Positions 27,630-37,466 are shown, counted from the first letter of the stretch. The stretch is 64,000 bases of DNA from Fidelibacterota bacterium (GCA_046861395.1 JBHHUC010000005.1:4948-68947), one strand, 5' to 3'. Notes: generated by a model not told the origin, from the letters alone. Made by a program: numbers and translations.

Positions 27630-29694
27630 GAGGATATTCCACAATACCAACAGTTTTAATACTGGTGTCCGGGGTCAACTCGGAAAATGAAAGCACATGA
27701 ACATTCGGCAAAACCGGTTCTATGAAATTTCTCAACTGTCGGCGAATCTGGGGCGACACCAGCAACAGGGGTTTTTTCCCCTGTGATATCATGGCTTCCG
27801 CATTTTTATTCAGGCCGTCAAAAAGATCCCTTACTTCATCCGGAGTGAGGCCCATGTTTTGCGCATTTCCGTTTCGGGTGTTCAGGGTGTTGATGATTCT
27901 GTCTTCCAGCCGCGGGTCAAGTGTCGTGACCATCAATTCCTTATCGTCCTGCTTGAATTGGGCCGTAATGATGTCCGTCAGGGCTGCCCTTACGTATTCG
28001 GTAAGCATGTCGGCATCTTTTGTCACGGCGCAGTAATCCGCCACAGTTTCCATGATGGTTACCAGATTTCGAATCGGAATTTTCTCCTTCAGAAGATTCT
28101 TCAAGATCTGGGTGACCGTTCCCAGCGGCACCAGGTCCGGTACGATGCCTTCCACAACCGCCGGATAGGATTCCTTTAGATGGTCCAACATTTTCTGCGT
28201 CATCTGACGGTCGACCAGTTTATATATTTTCAGTTTCAACTCCTCCATTAAGTGGGTCGCGACAACAGCCGGTGTTTCCACCACTGTATAACCGGCTGCT
28301 TCAGCCTTTTCTTTTTCCTGCTCGTTGACCCAGAGCGATGGAAGTTTAAAGGTGGGTTCAACCGTCGGAACGCCGGCGAGGTCCACATCATCACCGGGGT
28401 TTAGCACCAGGTAGGCGTCCATCATTACTTCGGCACTGGAAACGGGAATTCCGTTTATTTTAATGACATATTTCGTGGATGATAGCTGGATATTATCACG
28501 AATGCGAATGGGAGGAACAATGACGCCCAGCTCCATCGCAATGCTCTTTCGAATGGTAGTAATCCGGTTAAGAATATTCCCCCCCCGGTTGGCATCCACC
28601 AATGGAATAAGTCCATAGCCAATTTCAATTTCAATGGGATCGGGATGTAGGTAATTCTCAATATTTTCTTCGGCTGGTTCCGTTTCAGTCTCTTTTTCCG
28701 CCTCTTCCATTTCTTGATCATGTTCTTCCTGCATCCGCCGGCGTATGACATAACCCAGAAAAATGAGTAAACCGGCTACCGACATGAAAGGAATGAAGGG
28801 AAATCCCGGTACAATTCCCAGTAATGCCAGAACACCACCGGTAATATAGAGGGCCCGCGGCTGTCGGCTGACCTGCTGGGCAATGTCAGCACCCATATCC
28901 GTCTCAGAAGATGCTTTGGTGATAATGATACCGGCTGCCGTGGAAATGATTAACGCCGGAATCTGTGCCACCAATCCGTCACCGATCGTCAGCAGGGTAT
29001 AGAGAGAAGCCGCTTCACCCAATGAAAGGTCTCGTTGCAGGATTCCGATAGTCAAACCACCGATAATATTCACGGCTGTAATGATTAATCCGGCAATAGC
29101 ATCCCCGCGCACAAATTTTGCCGCCCCGTCCATGGCACCATAGAATTCCGCTTCTTCGGTGATGGTTTTTCGCCGTGATTGCGCATCCTGGTCGTCAATT
29201 AGCCCAGCATTGAGATCCGCATCAATGGCCATTTGCTTTCCGGGCATGGCGTCCAGGGTGAACCGAGCCGATACTTCCGCGATCCGACCCGAACCCTTAG
29301 TGATTACGACAAAATTAATAATGACTAAAATCAGGAAAATGACAATACCGACGGCGTAATTCCCTTGTACGACAAAAGCACCAAAGGAAGCAATAATTTC
29401 CCCGGCATAGGCCTGTCCCAGGATCAACCGGGTAGTGGCCACATTCAGGGAAAGACGGAAAAGGGTGATAATCAGCAACAATCCGGGGAATACGGAAAAT
29501 TCCAGAGGGCGCGGAATGTAAAGCGCCACGAACAGCATGACCAGAGCACCGGTTATATTCATCACCAGGAACATGTCCATCATGAAGGTGGGCAGAGGTA
29601 GAATCATGATACCCAGAATCATAATGACGGAACCCGCCAGCATGAGATTACTGCTGGAAAACAGGTTGATTTTCACCGGTTGTTTATCGGGCAT
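27619..29694 (-). CDS. flhA: flagellar export gate protein FlhA
   Basis: 691 aa with the FHIPEP signature 'FPGLLLIITLFRLSLNVATTRLIL' and 'RFTLDAMPGKQMAIDADL'. Confidence 0.97.
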   Translation of the reverse strand: MPDKQPVKINLFSSSNLMLAGSVIMILGIMILPLPTFMMDMFLVMNITGALVMLFVALYIPRPLEFSVFPGLLLIITLFRLSLNVATTRLILGQAYAGEIIASFGAFVVQGNYAVGIVIFLILVIINFVVITKGSGRIAEVSARFTLDAMPGKQMAIDADLNAGLIDDQDAQSRRKTITEEAEFYGAMDGAAKFVRGDAIAGLIITAVNIIGGLTIGILQRDLSLGEAASLYTLLTIGDGLVAQIPALIISTAAGIIITKASSETDMGADIAQQVSRQPRALYITGGVLALLGIVPGFPFIPFMSVAGLLIFLGYVIRRRMQEEHDQEMEEAEKETETEPAEENIENYLHPDPIEIEIGYGLIPLVDANRGGNILNRITTIRKSIAMELGVIVPPIRIRDNIQLSSTKYVIKINGIPVSSAEVMMDAYLVLNPGDDVDLAGVPTVEPTFKLPSLWVNEQEKEKAEAAGYTVVETPAVVATHLMEELKLKIYKLVDRQMTQKMLDHLKESYPAVVEGIVPDLVPLGTVTQILKNLLKEKIPIRNLVTIMETVADYCAVTKDADMLTEYVRAALTDIITAQFKQDDKELMVTTLDPRLEDRIINTLNTRNGNAQNMGLTPDEVRDLFDGLNKNAEAMISQGKKPLLLVSPQIRRQLRNFIEPVLPNVHVLSFSELTPDTSIKTVGIVEYPHGR

Positions 29695-30775
29695 AGGACC
29701 CCGCCAGGGATGCTTTATTCTGTGACTGGAACACTAGCGCTAATATCTCTGCCACAGCCTGGTAATACAGAACTGGGACCTCCATACCCACCTCCACTGT
29801 ATCAAACAGTCCCCGGGCCAACGGTTTGTTTTCAATCACCGGCACCTGGTGTTCCTTGGCAATGGTTTTGATCTTTTCGGCTACTTTTCGTTTTCCCTTG
29901 GCAATGACAACGGGCGCATCGGAACGATCAACCGGATCATATTTCAGAGCGACGGCGATGAAGGTGGGGTTGGTTACCACGACAGTCGCATCCGGGACCG
30001 CCTCCATCATCCGGGACCGGGACATTTGCATTTGGATGGTCCGGATACGCCGTTTGATTTCCGGGTTTCCTTCGTATTGCTTTCCTTCTTCCTTGACTTC
30101 CTCCTTCGTCATTTTCAGTTGTTTTTCATGCTCCCACCGCTGATAGGCATAATCCCCCAACGCCATGATCAGCAATACACCACTGGTTTTTAACGATAAT
30201 TCAAACAGGACCGAACCCAAAAAGGCCAGGGCTTGTCCTGTAGTGGCATTGGACAGGAACCAGAAATCGGGTAAATATTTATTAATGACGGAAAGGGCAA
30301 TGAAACCGACAATAATAATCTTGAAAAGGCCCTTTATCAATTCCACTACCGACATGAGAGAAAAAATGCGTTTAATCCCCGAAGCCGGATTCAGTTTTTT
30401 CCATTTCAGCTTCAAGGCCTTTTTGGAAATGGCAAAACCCACCTGCATATAATTCACAAGAAGACCCACGATAATTAATCCTGCCAGAAAAGGTCCCAAC
30501 ACGGTAATGAAGAATGTAAATACCATGCGTATCTGTAAGGGAAATACAGTGGGCGTGAGTTCAATGGTGGACAGTTGAGAATAGGTCGCAGTGGTGACAT
30601 CGGATAATTGTCCGATCAAGCGCGACGCTGAAGAATATAGCATCATGATGCCGGCCATCATGATCACCACGGAGTTGAGTTCACGACTGCGGGCAACATT
30701 CCCTTCATCCCGCGCTTTTTCCCGACGTTTGGCCGTCGGTTTCTCAGTCCGCTCACCTGACCAGTTGTCCGCCAT
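29684..30775 (-). CDS. flhB: flagellar export protein FlhB
   Basis: 'GERTEKPT.KRREKARDEG.V.RS.EL' and the autocleavage-site region 'VVVTNPTFIAVALKY' (NPTH-like). Confidence 0.96.
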   Translation of the reverse strand: MADNWSGERTEKPTAKRREKARDEGNVARSRELNSVVIMMAGIMMLYSSASRLIGQLSDVTTATYSQLSTIELTPTVFPLQIRMVFTFFITVLGPFLAGLIIVGLLVNYMQVGFAISKKALKLKWKKLNPASGIKRIFSLMSVVELIKGLFKIIIVGFIALSVINKYLPDFWFLSNATTGQALAFLGSVLFELSLKTSGVLLIMALGDYAYQRWEHEKQLKMTKEEVKEEGKQYEGNPEIKRRIRTIQMQMSRSRMMEAVPDATVVVTNPTFIAVALKYDPVDRSDAPVVIAKGKRKVAEKIKTIAKEHQVPVIENKPLARGLFDTVEVGMEVPVLYYQAVAEILALVFQSQNKASLAGSYAR

Positions 30776-30776
30776 G

Positions 30777-31565
30777 CTATACCGCTCCCACTGCGCCGAT
30801 CATGGCACGCAGTAAATCAGTCATTTGTTGATAAATGGAATGAAACATGATCTGAAAAATGTCGAGGGATGTGATCAATACGAAAAGTCCGGTTCCAATT
30901 TTCATCGGCAATGTGACCAGGAAAATATTCATCTGCGGCATGACCCGGGCCGTTAGAGCAATTGCCCCATCCGCCAGGAGTAGGAAAATCATGGCCGGCA
31001 GAGCCAGTTTTAAACCAATATCGAAGGCCAGTGAACCGCTTTTCACCAGCAGGTCGGCCACGGCTGGTTTGAATTCAGCAAAGGAAGGTGCCACCAGTGT
31101 ATTCGTTTTTACCAAGACCGTGATGAATAGGTGGTGCCCGTCAAAAGCTAGGAAATAGGCCATGATGACCAACACCCAAAACTGACTGATGACAGGAATT
31201 TGCTGCCGGCTGGTTGGGTCCATGACATTAGCAATTCCAATCCCCATCTGACGGGCGACAAAACTGCCGGCCATATTAAAGGCTTCGAATATCATTTTTA
31301 CTCCGAACCCAATGAACAATCCCACAAAAATTTCCCGAATCACCATTCCGACCATCACTATAATGGAGTCAATTGTTTCCGCTGTCGGTGTCAGCATGGG
31401 AAGGATAAAGATGGTGATGGCAAAAGCCAGTAAAACCCGTACCCGTACCGGAATCACCGGATAGCTCAGAATGGGTAACACCATGATCATGGCATTAATC
31501 CGGAAAAACATGAGTAGCAGGACCGGGAGCCAGGGCAGGTATTGTTCCAGGGGGAAAAGCATCAT
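30777..31565 (-). CDS. fliR: flagellar export protein FliR
   Basis: Polytopic membrane protein in the fliPQR order. The start ATG at 31565 overlaps the fliQ TGA (ATGA), though the ORF is open to 31631. Confidence 0.9.
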   Translation of the reverse strand: MMLFPLEQYLPWLPVLLLMFFRINAMIMVLPILSYPVIPVRVRVLLAFAITIFILPMLTPTAETIDSIIVMVGMVIREIFVGLFIGFGVKMIFEAFNMAGSFVARQMGIGIANVMDPTSRQQIPVISQFWVLVIMAYFLAFDGHHLFITVLVKTNTLVAPSFAEFKPAVADLLVKSGSLAFDIGLKLALPAMIFLLLADGAIALTARVMPQMNIFLVTLPMKIGTGLFVLITSLDIFQIMFHSIYQQMTDLLRAMIGAVGAV

Positions 31566-31831
31566 TGCACCATCAGCGGGATCTGGGCGTAGAGTTCCTG
31601 TGTATAGGTTAACAGAATATCCAAAAACCACGGGACCAGCAATAGTATGACAAAACCAACAGCGGCAATCTTGGGAACAAAAACCAATGTCATTTCCTGA
31701 ATCGATGTTATTGCCTGAAAGATTCCGATGGCCAGGCCCACCACCAGCCCGCTTCCCAAAACAGGAGCCAGGATATAGATGACCGTAATCAAGGCGTGTT
31801 TGCTCAACTCCAAAACATAATCGACCGTCAT
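31562..31831 (-). CDS. fliQ: flagellar export protein FliQ
   Basis: 89 aa with two TM helices: '...LLVGLAIGIFQAITSIQEMTLVFVPKI'. Confidence 0.95.
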   Translation of the reverse strand: MTVDYVLELSKHALITVIYILAPVLGSGLVVGLAIGIFQAITSIQEMTLVFVPKIAAVGFVILLLVPWFLDILLTYTQELYAQIPLMVQ

Positions 31832-32572
31832 TTATACAAATCCTTTCACTAATGATTCAACCGTCAGATACCAACCGTCAACCAGCACGAATAACAGAAT
31901 TTTAAAGGGCATGGATATCATGATCGGCGGGAGCATCATCATTCCCATGGACAATAAAATACTGGCAATAATGATATCAATGATCAGCATGGGCAAATAG
32001 AGAAGAAAACCAATCTGAAAGGCGGTTTTTATTTCACTGATCAGAAATGCAGGAATGATGGTTGTTGCTTTCAATTCCTGGGCGGATGAAGGCTTATCCC
32101 TACCCGATAAGTCCACGAATAATTTCAAATCTTTGCTGCGGGTATGTTTCAGCATAAAGGTCTTTATGGGCCGGAGAGCATTATCCAACGCTTCCGATTG
32201 GGAAATTTCTTCCTTGAGATAGGGCTGTAACGCATGTTGATTGACATCGGAAAACACCGGGCGCATGATGAAAAACGTCAGGAAAAGGGCCATGCTGATA
32301 ATAATCTGATTGGACGGAACCGTTTGTGTTGCCAAGGCTGACCGCAGGAAGTGAAATACAATAACCAGGCGGGTAAAAGATGTCATCATGATCAGGATGG
32401 ATGGTGCAAGCGACAGGATAGTCATGAGCGCCAGTATCTGAAGCGTCAGGGACAGGTCCCCGGGAGAGGTGGCCTCTTCCAGTCCGAAAGTAATTTTTGG
32501 TAGTCCGGTCTGGGCCGGGACAATTGCCGGCAGGAAGAGGAAAATAAGCAGCAGAACGTATCTTTTACGCAT
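31832..32572 (-). CDS. fliP: flagellar export protein FliP
   Basis: 'ILSLAPSILIMMTSFTRLVIVFHFLRSALATQ..P.NQ' and 'FLISEIKTAFQIGFLLYLP'. Confidence 0.97.
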   Translation of the reverse strand: MRKRYVLLLIFLFLPAIVPAQTGLPKITFGLEEATSPGDLSLTLQILALMTILSLAPSILIMMTSFTRLVIVFHFLRSALATQTVPSNQIIISMALFLTFFIMRPVFSDVNQHALQPYLKEEISQSEALDNALRPIKTFMLKHTRSKDLKLFVDLSGRDKPSSAQELKATTIIPAFLISEIKTAFQIGFLLYLPMLIIDIIIASILLSMGMMMLPPIMISMPFKILLFVLVDGWYLTVESLVKGFV

Positions 32573-32576
32573 TGCC

Positions 32577-33041
32577 TTACCCTGGTTTTATCCGGTTGAG
32601 AACGGTGGCAAACGACAGTGACGGTGAACCCAGTCCCAATTTTTCCAGTTCGGAAATATCGTCAATTTCAGAGAGCAGTGTTATATTGTGTTCCGTGACG
32701 CCTAACAATAAATGTTGCTTCCCAACCGAAACGACAGTCAGGTATTGCCGGGGGCCGATATACTTTTTCATCCGAAAAACCAGTGCGCCGGAATTCGCCG
32801 GCTCAGATTGGCGACGTTTGATCAGGAAAAGGGCGACTACCAGGATAACGACTAAAAAAGCGGATGCCAAAAGCAACCACAGAACGGATGATTCATGTCC
32901 AATCGCCTCCGGAACCGGGGGTAAATTATTAAACAAAGAATCGGAGGCCGCCGGTTCCTGGCCGGGCGCTGCAGTAAACAGGAATAGTCCTGCCAGAAAT
33001 ATAGGTATCCTTTTCCTGTATACCCCGGAAATTGATATCAT
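32577..33041 (-). CDS. fliO: FliO/FliZ-type flagellar export protein
   Basis: Single central TM helix followed by 'LTVVSVGKQHLLLGVTEHNITLLSEI'. The position between fliN and fliP fits. Confidence 0.75.
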   Translation of the reverse strand: MISISGVYRKRIPIFLAGLFLFTAAPGQEPAASDSLFNNLPPVPEAIGHESSVLWLLLASAFLVVILVVALFLIKRRQSEPANSGALVFRMKKYIGPRQYLTVVSVGKQHLLLGVTEHNITLLSEIDDISELEKLGLGSPSLSFATVLNRIKPG

Positions 33042-33057
33042 GGTCGCAACCGTCCCG

Positions 33058-33897
33058 TCAGCCGGCCATGCTTCCCAGCTTATGCGTCAAGCCGGCCAGT
33101 TTTGTAATACGAATTCCAAAACGGTCATCCACCACCACGACTTCACCCAAGGCAAACTTTTTATCATTTACAAAAATATCCAGTGGTTCTCCGGCTGCTT
33201 TTTCCAGCTCAATCACCGAACCTTTTCCCAGCTTCAGAATATCATTGATCAACATGGACTTTTGTCCCAGCTCCACAAATACACGGAGTTCCACATCCAG
33301 CAGCATATCCATGTTTTGTGTAGGACCGTTTGTTACGGGACTGTCCGGGACCTGTCCGAAGCTGGCAGGATGCACAGATACATTTTCTTTTCCAGTCTCT
33401 TTTTCCAATTCCCGACCTCTTATTGCATGAAAGATTTTTAGTGTTTCTTCACCATTGATTAAGTCGTATACCGCATAAGCAGACTCAGCCTCCGTCACGA
33501 ATTGTTCCGCAGATTCTATAAATTTCATTTTCGGTTGACCGAGGTTCAAATCGGGAAGCGATTCCAGAATGGAAACAACCTGTCCGGAAAAGATATCCAT
33601 ATCCTCCTCTTCCAGGTCTTCCTTGGGTTGCTTTCCTGACGCCCATGCCAGCAGCCGTGCGACAGTGCCCAGTGATAGCCCAATTACGTGTTGCGCTGAA
33701 CCGTCTGTTGTGCGGAAGTGAACGGCCACCAGTGGAAGTTCGGCCGACATGCTTTCAAGAATTTGATCTGAATTTTCCGGTAAGGTATAGTTCAGGGAAA
33801 ATTCCTGCTTATACGCCTCTCTTAATCGACCGATAATGTCATCAGATCGTTTGGTAAAGAATTCCGTGAAAATAGATTTGAAGGATTCACTATTCAT
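33058..33897 (-). CDS. fliN: flagellar C-ring protein FliN with extended N-terminal domain (FliY-like)
   Basis: C-terminal SpoA domain: 'LDVELRVFVELGQKSMLINDILKLGKGSVIELEKAAGEPLDIFVNDKKFALGEVVVVDDRFGIRI'. At 279 aa it is about twice the size of a minimal FliN. Confidence 0.9.
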   Translation of the reverse strand: MNSESFKSIFTEFFTKRSDDIIGRLREAYKQEFSLNYTLPENSDQILESMSAELPLVAVHFRTTDGSAQHVIGLSLGTVARLLAWASGKQPKEDLEEEDMDIFSGQVVSILESLPDLNLGQPKMKFIESAEQFVTEAESAYAVYDLINGEETLKIFHAIRGRELEKETGKENVSVHPASFGQVPDSPVTNGPTQNMDMLLDVELRVFVELGQKSMLINDILKLGKGSVIELEKAAGEPLDIFVNDKKFALGEVVVVDDRFGIRITKLAGLTHKLGSMAG

Positions 33898-34858
33898 TGT
33901 CTACTCCTTTTACAATGGATGTAATCGCCACGGCATAGTTATTTCCGTGGGTTCCCACCAGGGCATCATAGAGATGGTAACCGTTAATTTTAACCGGGAT
34001 GAAATCTGTTATCCCTTTCCCCAGTTGAATGATGTCCCCCTCTTGAAGATTGATTAGGTCATTAATGCTCACCATACGATCCCCCAGAATAGCCCGCAGA
34101 GTAACCGATGTTTTTTTCAGGTTATTTTCCAGTGTTTTCTGTTCCTTTTCATCGGCCGATTTGATTTTGTAGGTCGGTTTAGACTTTACTGGTACCTGGG
34201 TCAGAAGATTTGCTATCCATTTGTACGGATAGCAGATATTCATCACGGATTCCTGATCCTGATATTTCACTTCAAATGAAACAACCACCACCGGTTCGGA
34301 GGCGCTGAGAATCTGAACCGCCAGCGGATCTTCTTCATAGCGATTGAATTCACAGTTCAATTTATGAATGGGGGTCCAGCTCTTTTCCAGTTCATGACCA
34401 ATGATTGTGATGATTTTCTTGACAATCCGTTGTTCGATTGGCGACAGGTTCCGGTTGATTTCGATTTTTTCACCCATGCCTCCCAACAGCCGCTCTACCA
34501 GAAATATTCCCATTTTGGGCTCGAATTCCAGAATAATATTGGACTCTTCTTTATTCAATTCACCAACATATAGGGCCACCGGTGTACCGATGGTGTTCTT
34601 ATAGTCGGCATATTGATTTTGAGTGATTTCCAGAATCGCCATATCCACAATTAGGCGTAGCTGGTCGGATAAATAAGTACTCAGGCTGGCAGCGATGCCT
34701 TGATGGATTGCACGGATTAAGTCTAACTGTTCTTTGGAAAGGAGATTGGGGTGCTTGAAGTCGTACTTTGATACTTTCCCCGATTTGGCTTTCAGAGGCA
34801 TGGTTTTATTGGCATCATCATAAAGCACATCCATCTCCGCGGCTGATAACACCTTCAC
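33890..34858 (-). CDS. fliM: flagellar C-ring protein FliM
   Basis: GTG start. The N-terminal 'LSAAEMDVLY' is a CheY-P-docking LSQxEIDxLL-like motif. Middle and C-terminal SpoA-like domains are present. Confidence 0.92.
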   Translation of the reverse strand: MKVLSAAEMDVLYDDANKTMPLKAKSGKVSKYDFKHPNLLSKEQLDLIRAIHQGIAASLSTYLSDQLRLIVDMAILEITQNQYADYKNTIGTPVALYVGELNKEESNIILEFEPKMGIFLVERLLGGMGEKIEINRNLSPIEQRIVKKIITIIGHELEKSWTPIHKLNCEFNRYEEDPLAVQILSASEPVVVVSFEVKYQDQESVMNICYPYKWIANLLTQVPVKSKPTYKIKSADEKEQKTLENNLKKTSVTLRAILGDRMVSINDLINLQEGDIIQLGKGITDFIPVKINGYHLYDALVGTHGNNYAVAITSIVKGVDNE

Positions 34859-34913
34859 GATGGCATTCCCGGTATTGGTTTGATAATCTGTCTAGGCATG
34901 ATGCGGGATATAA

Positions 34914-34929
34914 GTCAAAATTCATGCCA
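34914..34929 (-). promoter_or_regulatory. candidate sigma54-type promoter upstream of fliM
   Basis: The minus strand reads TGGCAT-gaatt-TTGAC. The GG is correctly spaced, but the -12 element is GA instead of GC. It lies in the only sizeable gap (201 nt) of the flgB-to-GAF array. Confidence 0.4.
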
Positions 34930-35018
34930 TTTATGAAAACAGGATTATTCGAGTATAATCTCTTCTCCGGCATGGAACCGAGTGGAATAATTTTCCGGCA
35001 GGTGCTTCTTTTTTCCCA

Positions 35019-35049
35019 GTCGGGCAGCCTCATGCGGAGGCTGCCCGAC
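35019..35049 (-). promoter_or_regulatory. perfect 13-bp stem-loop 10 nt downstream of the flgE stop (attenuator/mRNA-stabiliser; no U-tract)
   Basis: GTCGGGCAGCCTC-atgcg-GAGGCTGCCCGAC. On the minus strand it is followed by tgggAAAAAAg, not by a T run. Confidence 0.6.
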
Positions 35050-35059
35050 ATCGTAAACA

Positions 35060-36976
35060 TTAACCTAAGCGGACTGTCTCTTCCAGGAAGTCCGTATAGG
35101 TGGAAAGGACCCGAGCGGCTGCCTGAAAGGAGCGCTGGGCTTCAATCATTGACGTGAGTTCCTCCGTCAGGTCCACGGTTGAGGATTCCAGGGAACCGGA
35201 TTCCACGTCAGAATCCAGGCTGTTGGGCGCGCCGATCTGTGCAATACCGCTGTCGATTGTATCAACGAAGTTGCTTCCAGACACTTTCTGCAACCCGCTG
35301 GGGTTATTGAATTTTGCCAGTGCAATCTGACCTAATTCCATTTTTTCCCCGTTGGTGAAGGACCCGAAAATGAGGCCGTCGGCATCAATCTGGAACCCGT
35401 TCAGAGAACCGGTTTTACGGCCATCTTGTTCCCGGGAATGGATGGTGGAAGAAAAATCATACTGTGAAATTCCCGAAAAACCTTCCGATCCCCGACCATC
35501 GATGTTTATCGTCTGGGTGGCAGCTCCATCACCCGGGGCGAACGTCAGGGCATCCACACCACCATCATGCTGCAAGGAAATGAAATTTCCCTCCGTATCA
35601 AAAAGGACTTTTCCGGTTGCACCACTGACCATGGTTTCATTGTCGGAGCCCGTTATGGTCCAGGTCCACTCACCGTCATTTTCGGTTTTTGTGAATTCCA
35701 GCGTCAAATTGTGGCTGGCACCGAGACTGTCATAAACAATCATCGAAGTGGTTACACGGCCGGTGAAACCGGGAACGGAATTGGTGAAACTGGGCAGGGA
35801 AATCTTTTCCCCGACGCTGGCGTTGCCTACGGCCAGAGCTATTTGAGATTCACTTTCACCGGGGACATCATCCGTCATAACGATTTGCCCGTCCCTCAGC
35901 GTCACGGTTGAACTTCCAGCAAAGACATCATTCATCACCGTTACCAGGTCCCCCAGCGTGGTACCATCTTCGGTAGACCCGAAAGTAAAGGTGCGAGCCA
36001 AGGATGCGCCTGCGGAATCGGACCCAGAAATGTTCAGAGTGTCTCCGTCTATGAAGTTGGAATGAACCTGAAGCAGGTCATTAATGGGTGTCAATTCACT
36101 GGCAAGGTTTCCGGACGTGGCGACCTGCCCATCGGTGAAACCAAGGGTTGACAGTAAATCATTGGTTCCAACCCGTAAGGTAAGACCCGTTCCGCTTTCG
36201 CCGTCGATAGCTCTGAATTTCAAGAACCCGCCCTCGGCATATGCCTCCACGTTTCCGTCCAGGACGGATGAATTCCCGATTTGGGTATTGATTTCCGTTA
36301 CAAGGGAATCCAGATCGGCGTAACTCTGTTCCGTCAATGTGATTTCAACCGGTGAACCGTCACCGGTGGGAGGATCGTACTGAATCTGAAGCTGATTATT
36401 GGTGGCCGTAACATCCAACGGGAACGTGATACTCGAACCACTGGCGAGGATGGCCTTGGTCGTAAAGGTACCACTGGTCATCCATACTTCCGCCTGGGGT
36501 GTCAGTCCGGCATTCAGATTTCCGGACAGATACACATTTTCTGTTGTTTTGGCCGGCATGATCAGGTTGGGATCAATGACAATGTCCTGGAGCTGGTTGG
36601 CACCGGTATTGGATGATGATCCGTCCACTGCATTGTTGACCCAGCCCTGGACCACAAAGGAGTCGGCATTTCCCAGTTTACCGTTGGAATCAATGAAGAA
36701 AGCCCCGGAGCGGGTATAGACCGTTTCTTCACCTTTTTTCATAACGAAAAACCCGTTCCCATTAATCGCCAGGTCGGTTGCATTTCCGGTGAATTCCAAG
36801 GCACCTTGGGTAAAGGGTGAGCGGGTGACATTTACGATGGCGCCCAGCGTTTCAACAAAGGTCATACGACTCGTCTTATAGCCGGGAGTGTTAATATTGG
36901 CAATGTTCGTTCCCAACAATTCCAGACGGGAACGTTGATTGCTTAGTGCGGAAACCGCTACATCAAATGAACTCAT
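35060..36976 (-). CDS. flgE: flagellar hook protein FlgE (long form)
   Basis: The N-terminus is '...LGTNIANINTPGYKTSR' and the C-terminus 'SLESSTVDLTEELTSMIEAQRSFQAAARVL'. A strong SD (AAGGAGG) precedes the start. The 638-aa length includes a large central insert. Confidence 0.93.
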   Translation of the reverse strand: MSSFDVAVSALSNQRSRLELLGTNIANINTPGYKTSRMTFVETLGAIVNVTRSPFTQGALEFTGNATDLAINGNGFFVMKKGEETVYTRSGAFFIDSNGKLGNADSFVVQGWVNNAVDGSSSNTGANQLQDIVIDPNLIMPAKTTENVYLSGNLNAGLTPQAEVWMTSGTFTTKAILASGSSITFPLDVTATNNQLQIQYDPPTGDGSPVEITLTEQSYADLDSLVTEINTQIGNSSVLDGNVEAYAEGGFLKFRAIDGESGTGLTLRVGTNDLLSTLGFTDGQVATSGNLASELTPINDLLQVHSNFIDGDTLNISGSDSAGASLARTFTFGSTEDGTTLGDLVTVMNDVFAGSSTVTLRDGQIVMTDDVPGESESQIALAVGNASVGEKISLPSFTNSVPGFTGRVTTSMIVYDSLGASHNLTLEFTKTENDGEWTWTITGSDNETMVSGATGKVLFDTEGNFISLQHDGGVDALTFAPGDGAATQTINIDGRGSEGFSGISQYDFSSTIHSREQDGRKTGSLNGFQIDADGLIFGSFTNGEKMELGQIALAKFNNPSGLQKVSGSNFVDTIDSGIAQIGAPNSLDSDVESGSLESSTVDLTEELTSMIEAQRSFQAAARVLSTYTDFLEETVRLG

Positions 36977-37047
36977 TTTTCCTCCTTTTCCGTCTCTGTC
37001 GTTCGACGGAATCAGGGGCCTCCCTTGCGGGTCCGGCCCGGTTTGGT

Positions 37048-37455
37048 TTACACTACTGCAACACTGTCGATGTTCGTGAAAACATGTTCCCTAGTCGCTT
37101 CCGGTGACAGGGCAGTAATGATGGTTTTATTTGTCACGCTGAGAACGAAGGCCGTACCGTCCATAAACAACAGGGAGCTTTGACTTCCCTTTCGTTCCAC
37201 CATTTGCAGGCCTTCCTGCAGGCGTTCCATGTTTTGTGGTGTAAGATTAATGTGCCGCTGGTCCAGACGCTTCATGGCATGGGCCGAAAATGTCAGATTC
37301 TGCTTGTCCTTGATCTGCTGATGCAGGACATCGCGAAAGGCTGGACGAGCCGATGCCGTGTTCTGAGCGACGTTTTCCGGTCCTTTGGCCGGTGTCGGAT
37401 TGACCGTACGCGGCGATTGTATCCGGTGTTGAATGGTTAATTCTGCTAATTTCAT
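37048..37455 (-). CDS. flagellar operon protein (TIGR02530-like, between flgD and flgE)
   Basis: 'FSAHAMKRLDQRHINLTPQNMERLQEG...' resembles the small conserved protein found between flgD and flgE in Firmicutes and Thermotogae. Assignment is by recall. Confidence 0.6.
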   Translation of the reverse strand: MKLAELTIQHRIQSPRTVNPTPAKGPENVAQNTASARPAFRDVLHQQIKDKQNLTFSAHAMKRLDQRHINLTPQNMERLQEGLQMVERKGSQSSLLFMDGTAFVLSVTNKTIITALSPEATREHVFTNIDSVAVV

Positions 37456-37466
37456 CGTTGCTAATC

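Noticed and set aside
32572-33441. 289-aa plus-strand ORF, the longest ORF without a call.
   Set aside because: It is entirely antisense to fliO and fliN, which have strong family signatures on the minus strand. Its sequence is low-complexity and Ser/Thr/Arg-rich, as is typical of shadow ORFs.
34818-35060. 80-aa minus-strand ORF filling the flgE-fliM gap.
   Set aside because: It starts inside the hairpin region, overlaps the fliM start, and is Arg/Cys/Ser-rich with no recognisable fold. The gap is better explained by a stem-loop plus a promoter-like element.
36977-37047. GC-rich imperfect palindrome (GGCC-gga-CCC-GCAA-GGG-a-GGCC) upstream of flgE, a possible attenuator.
   Set aside because: The stems are short and interrupted with no U-tract. 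I cannot distinguish it from chance in a GC-rich spacer without folding energetics.
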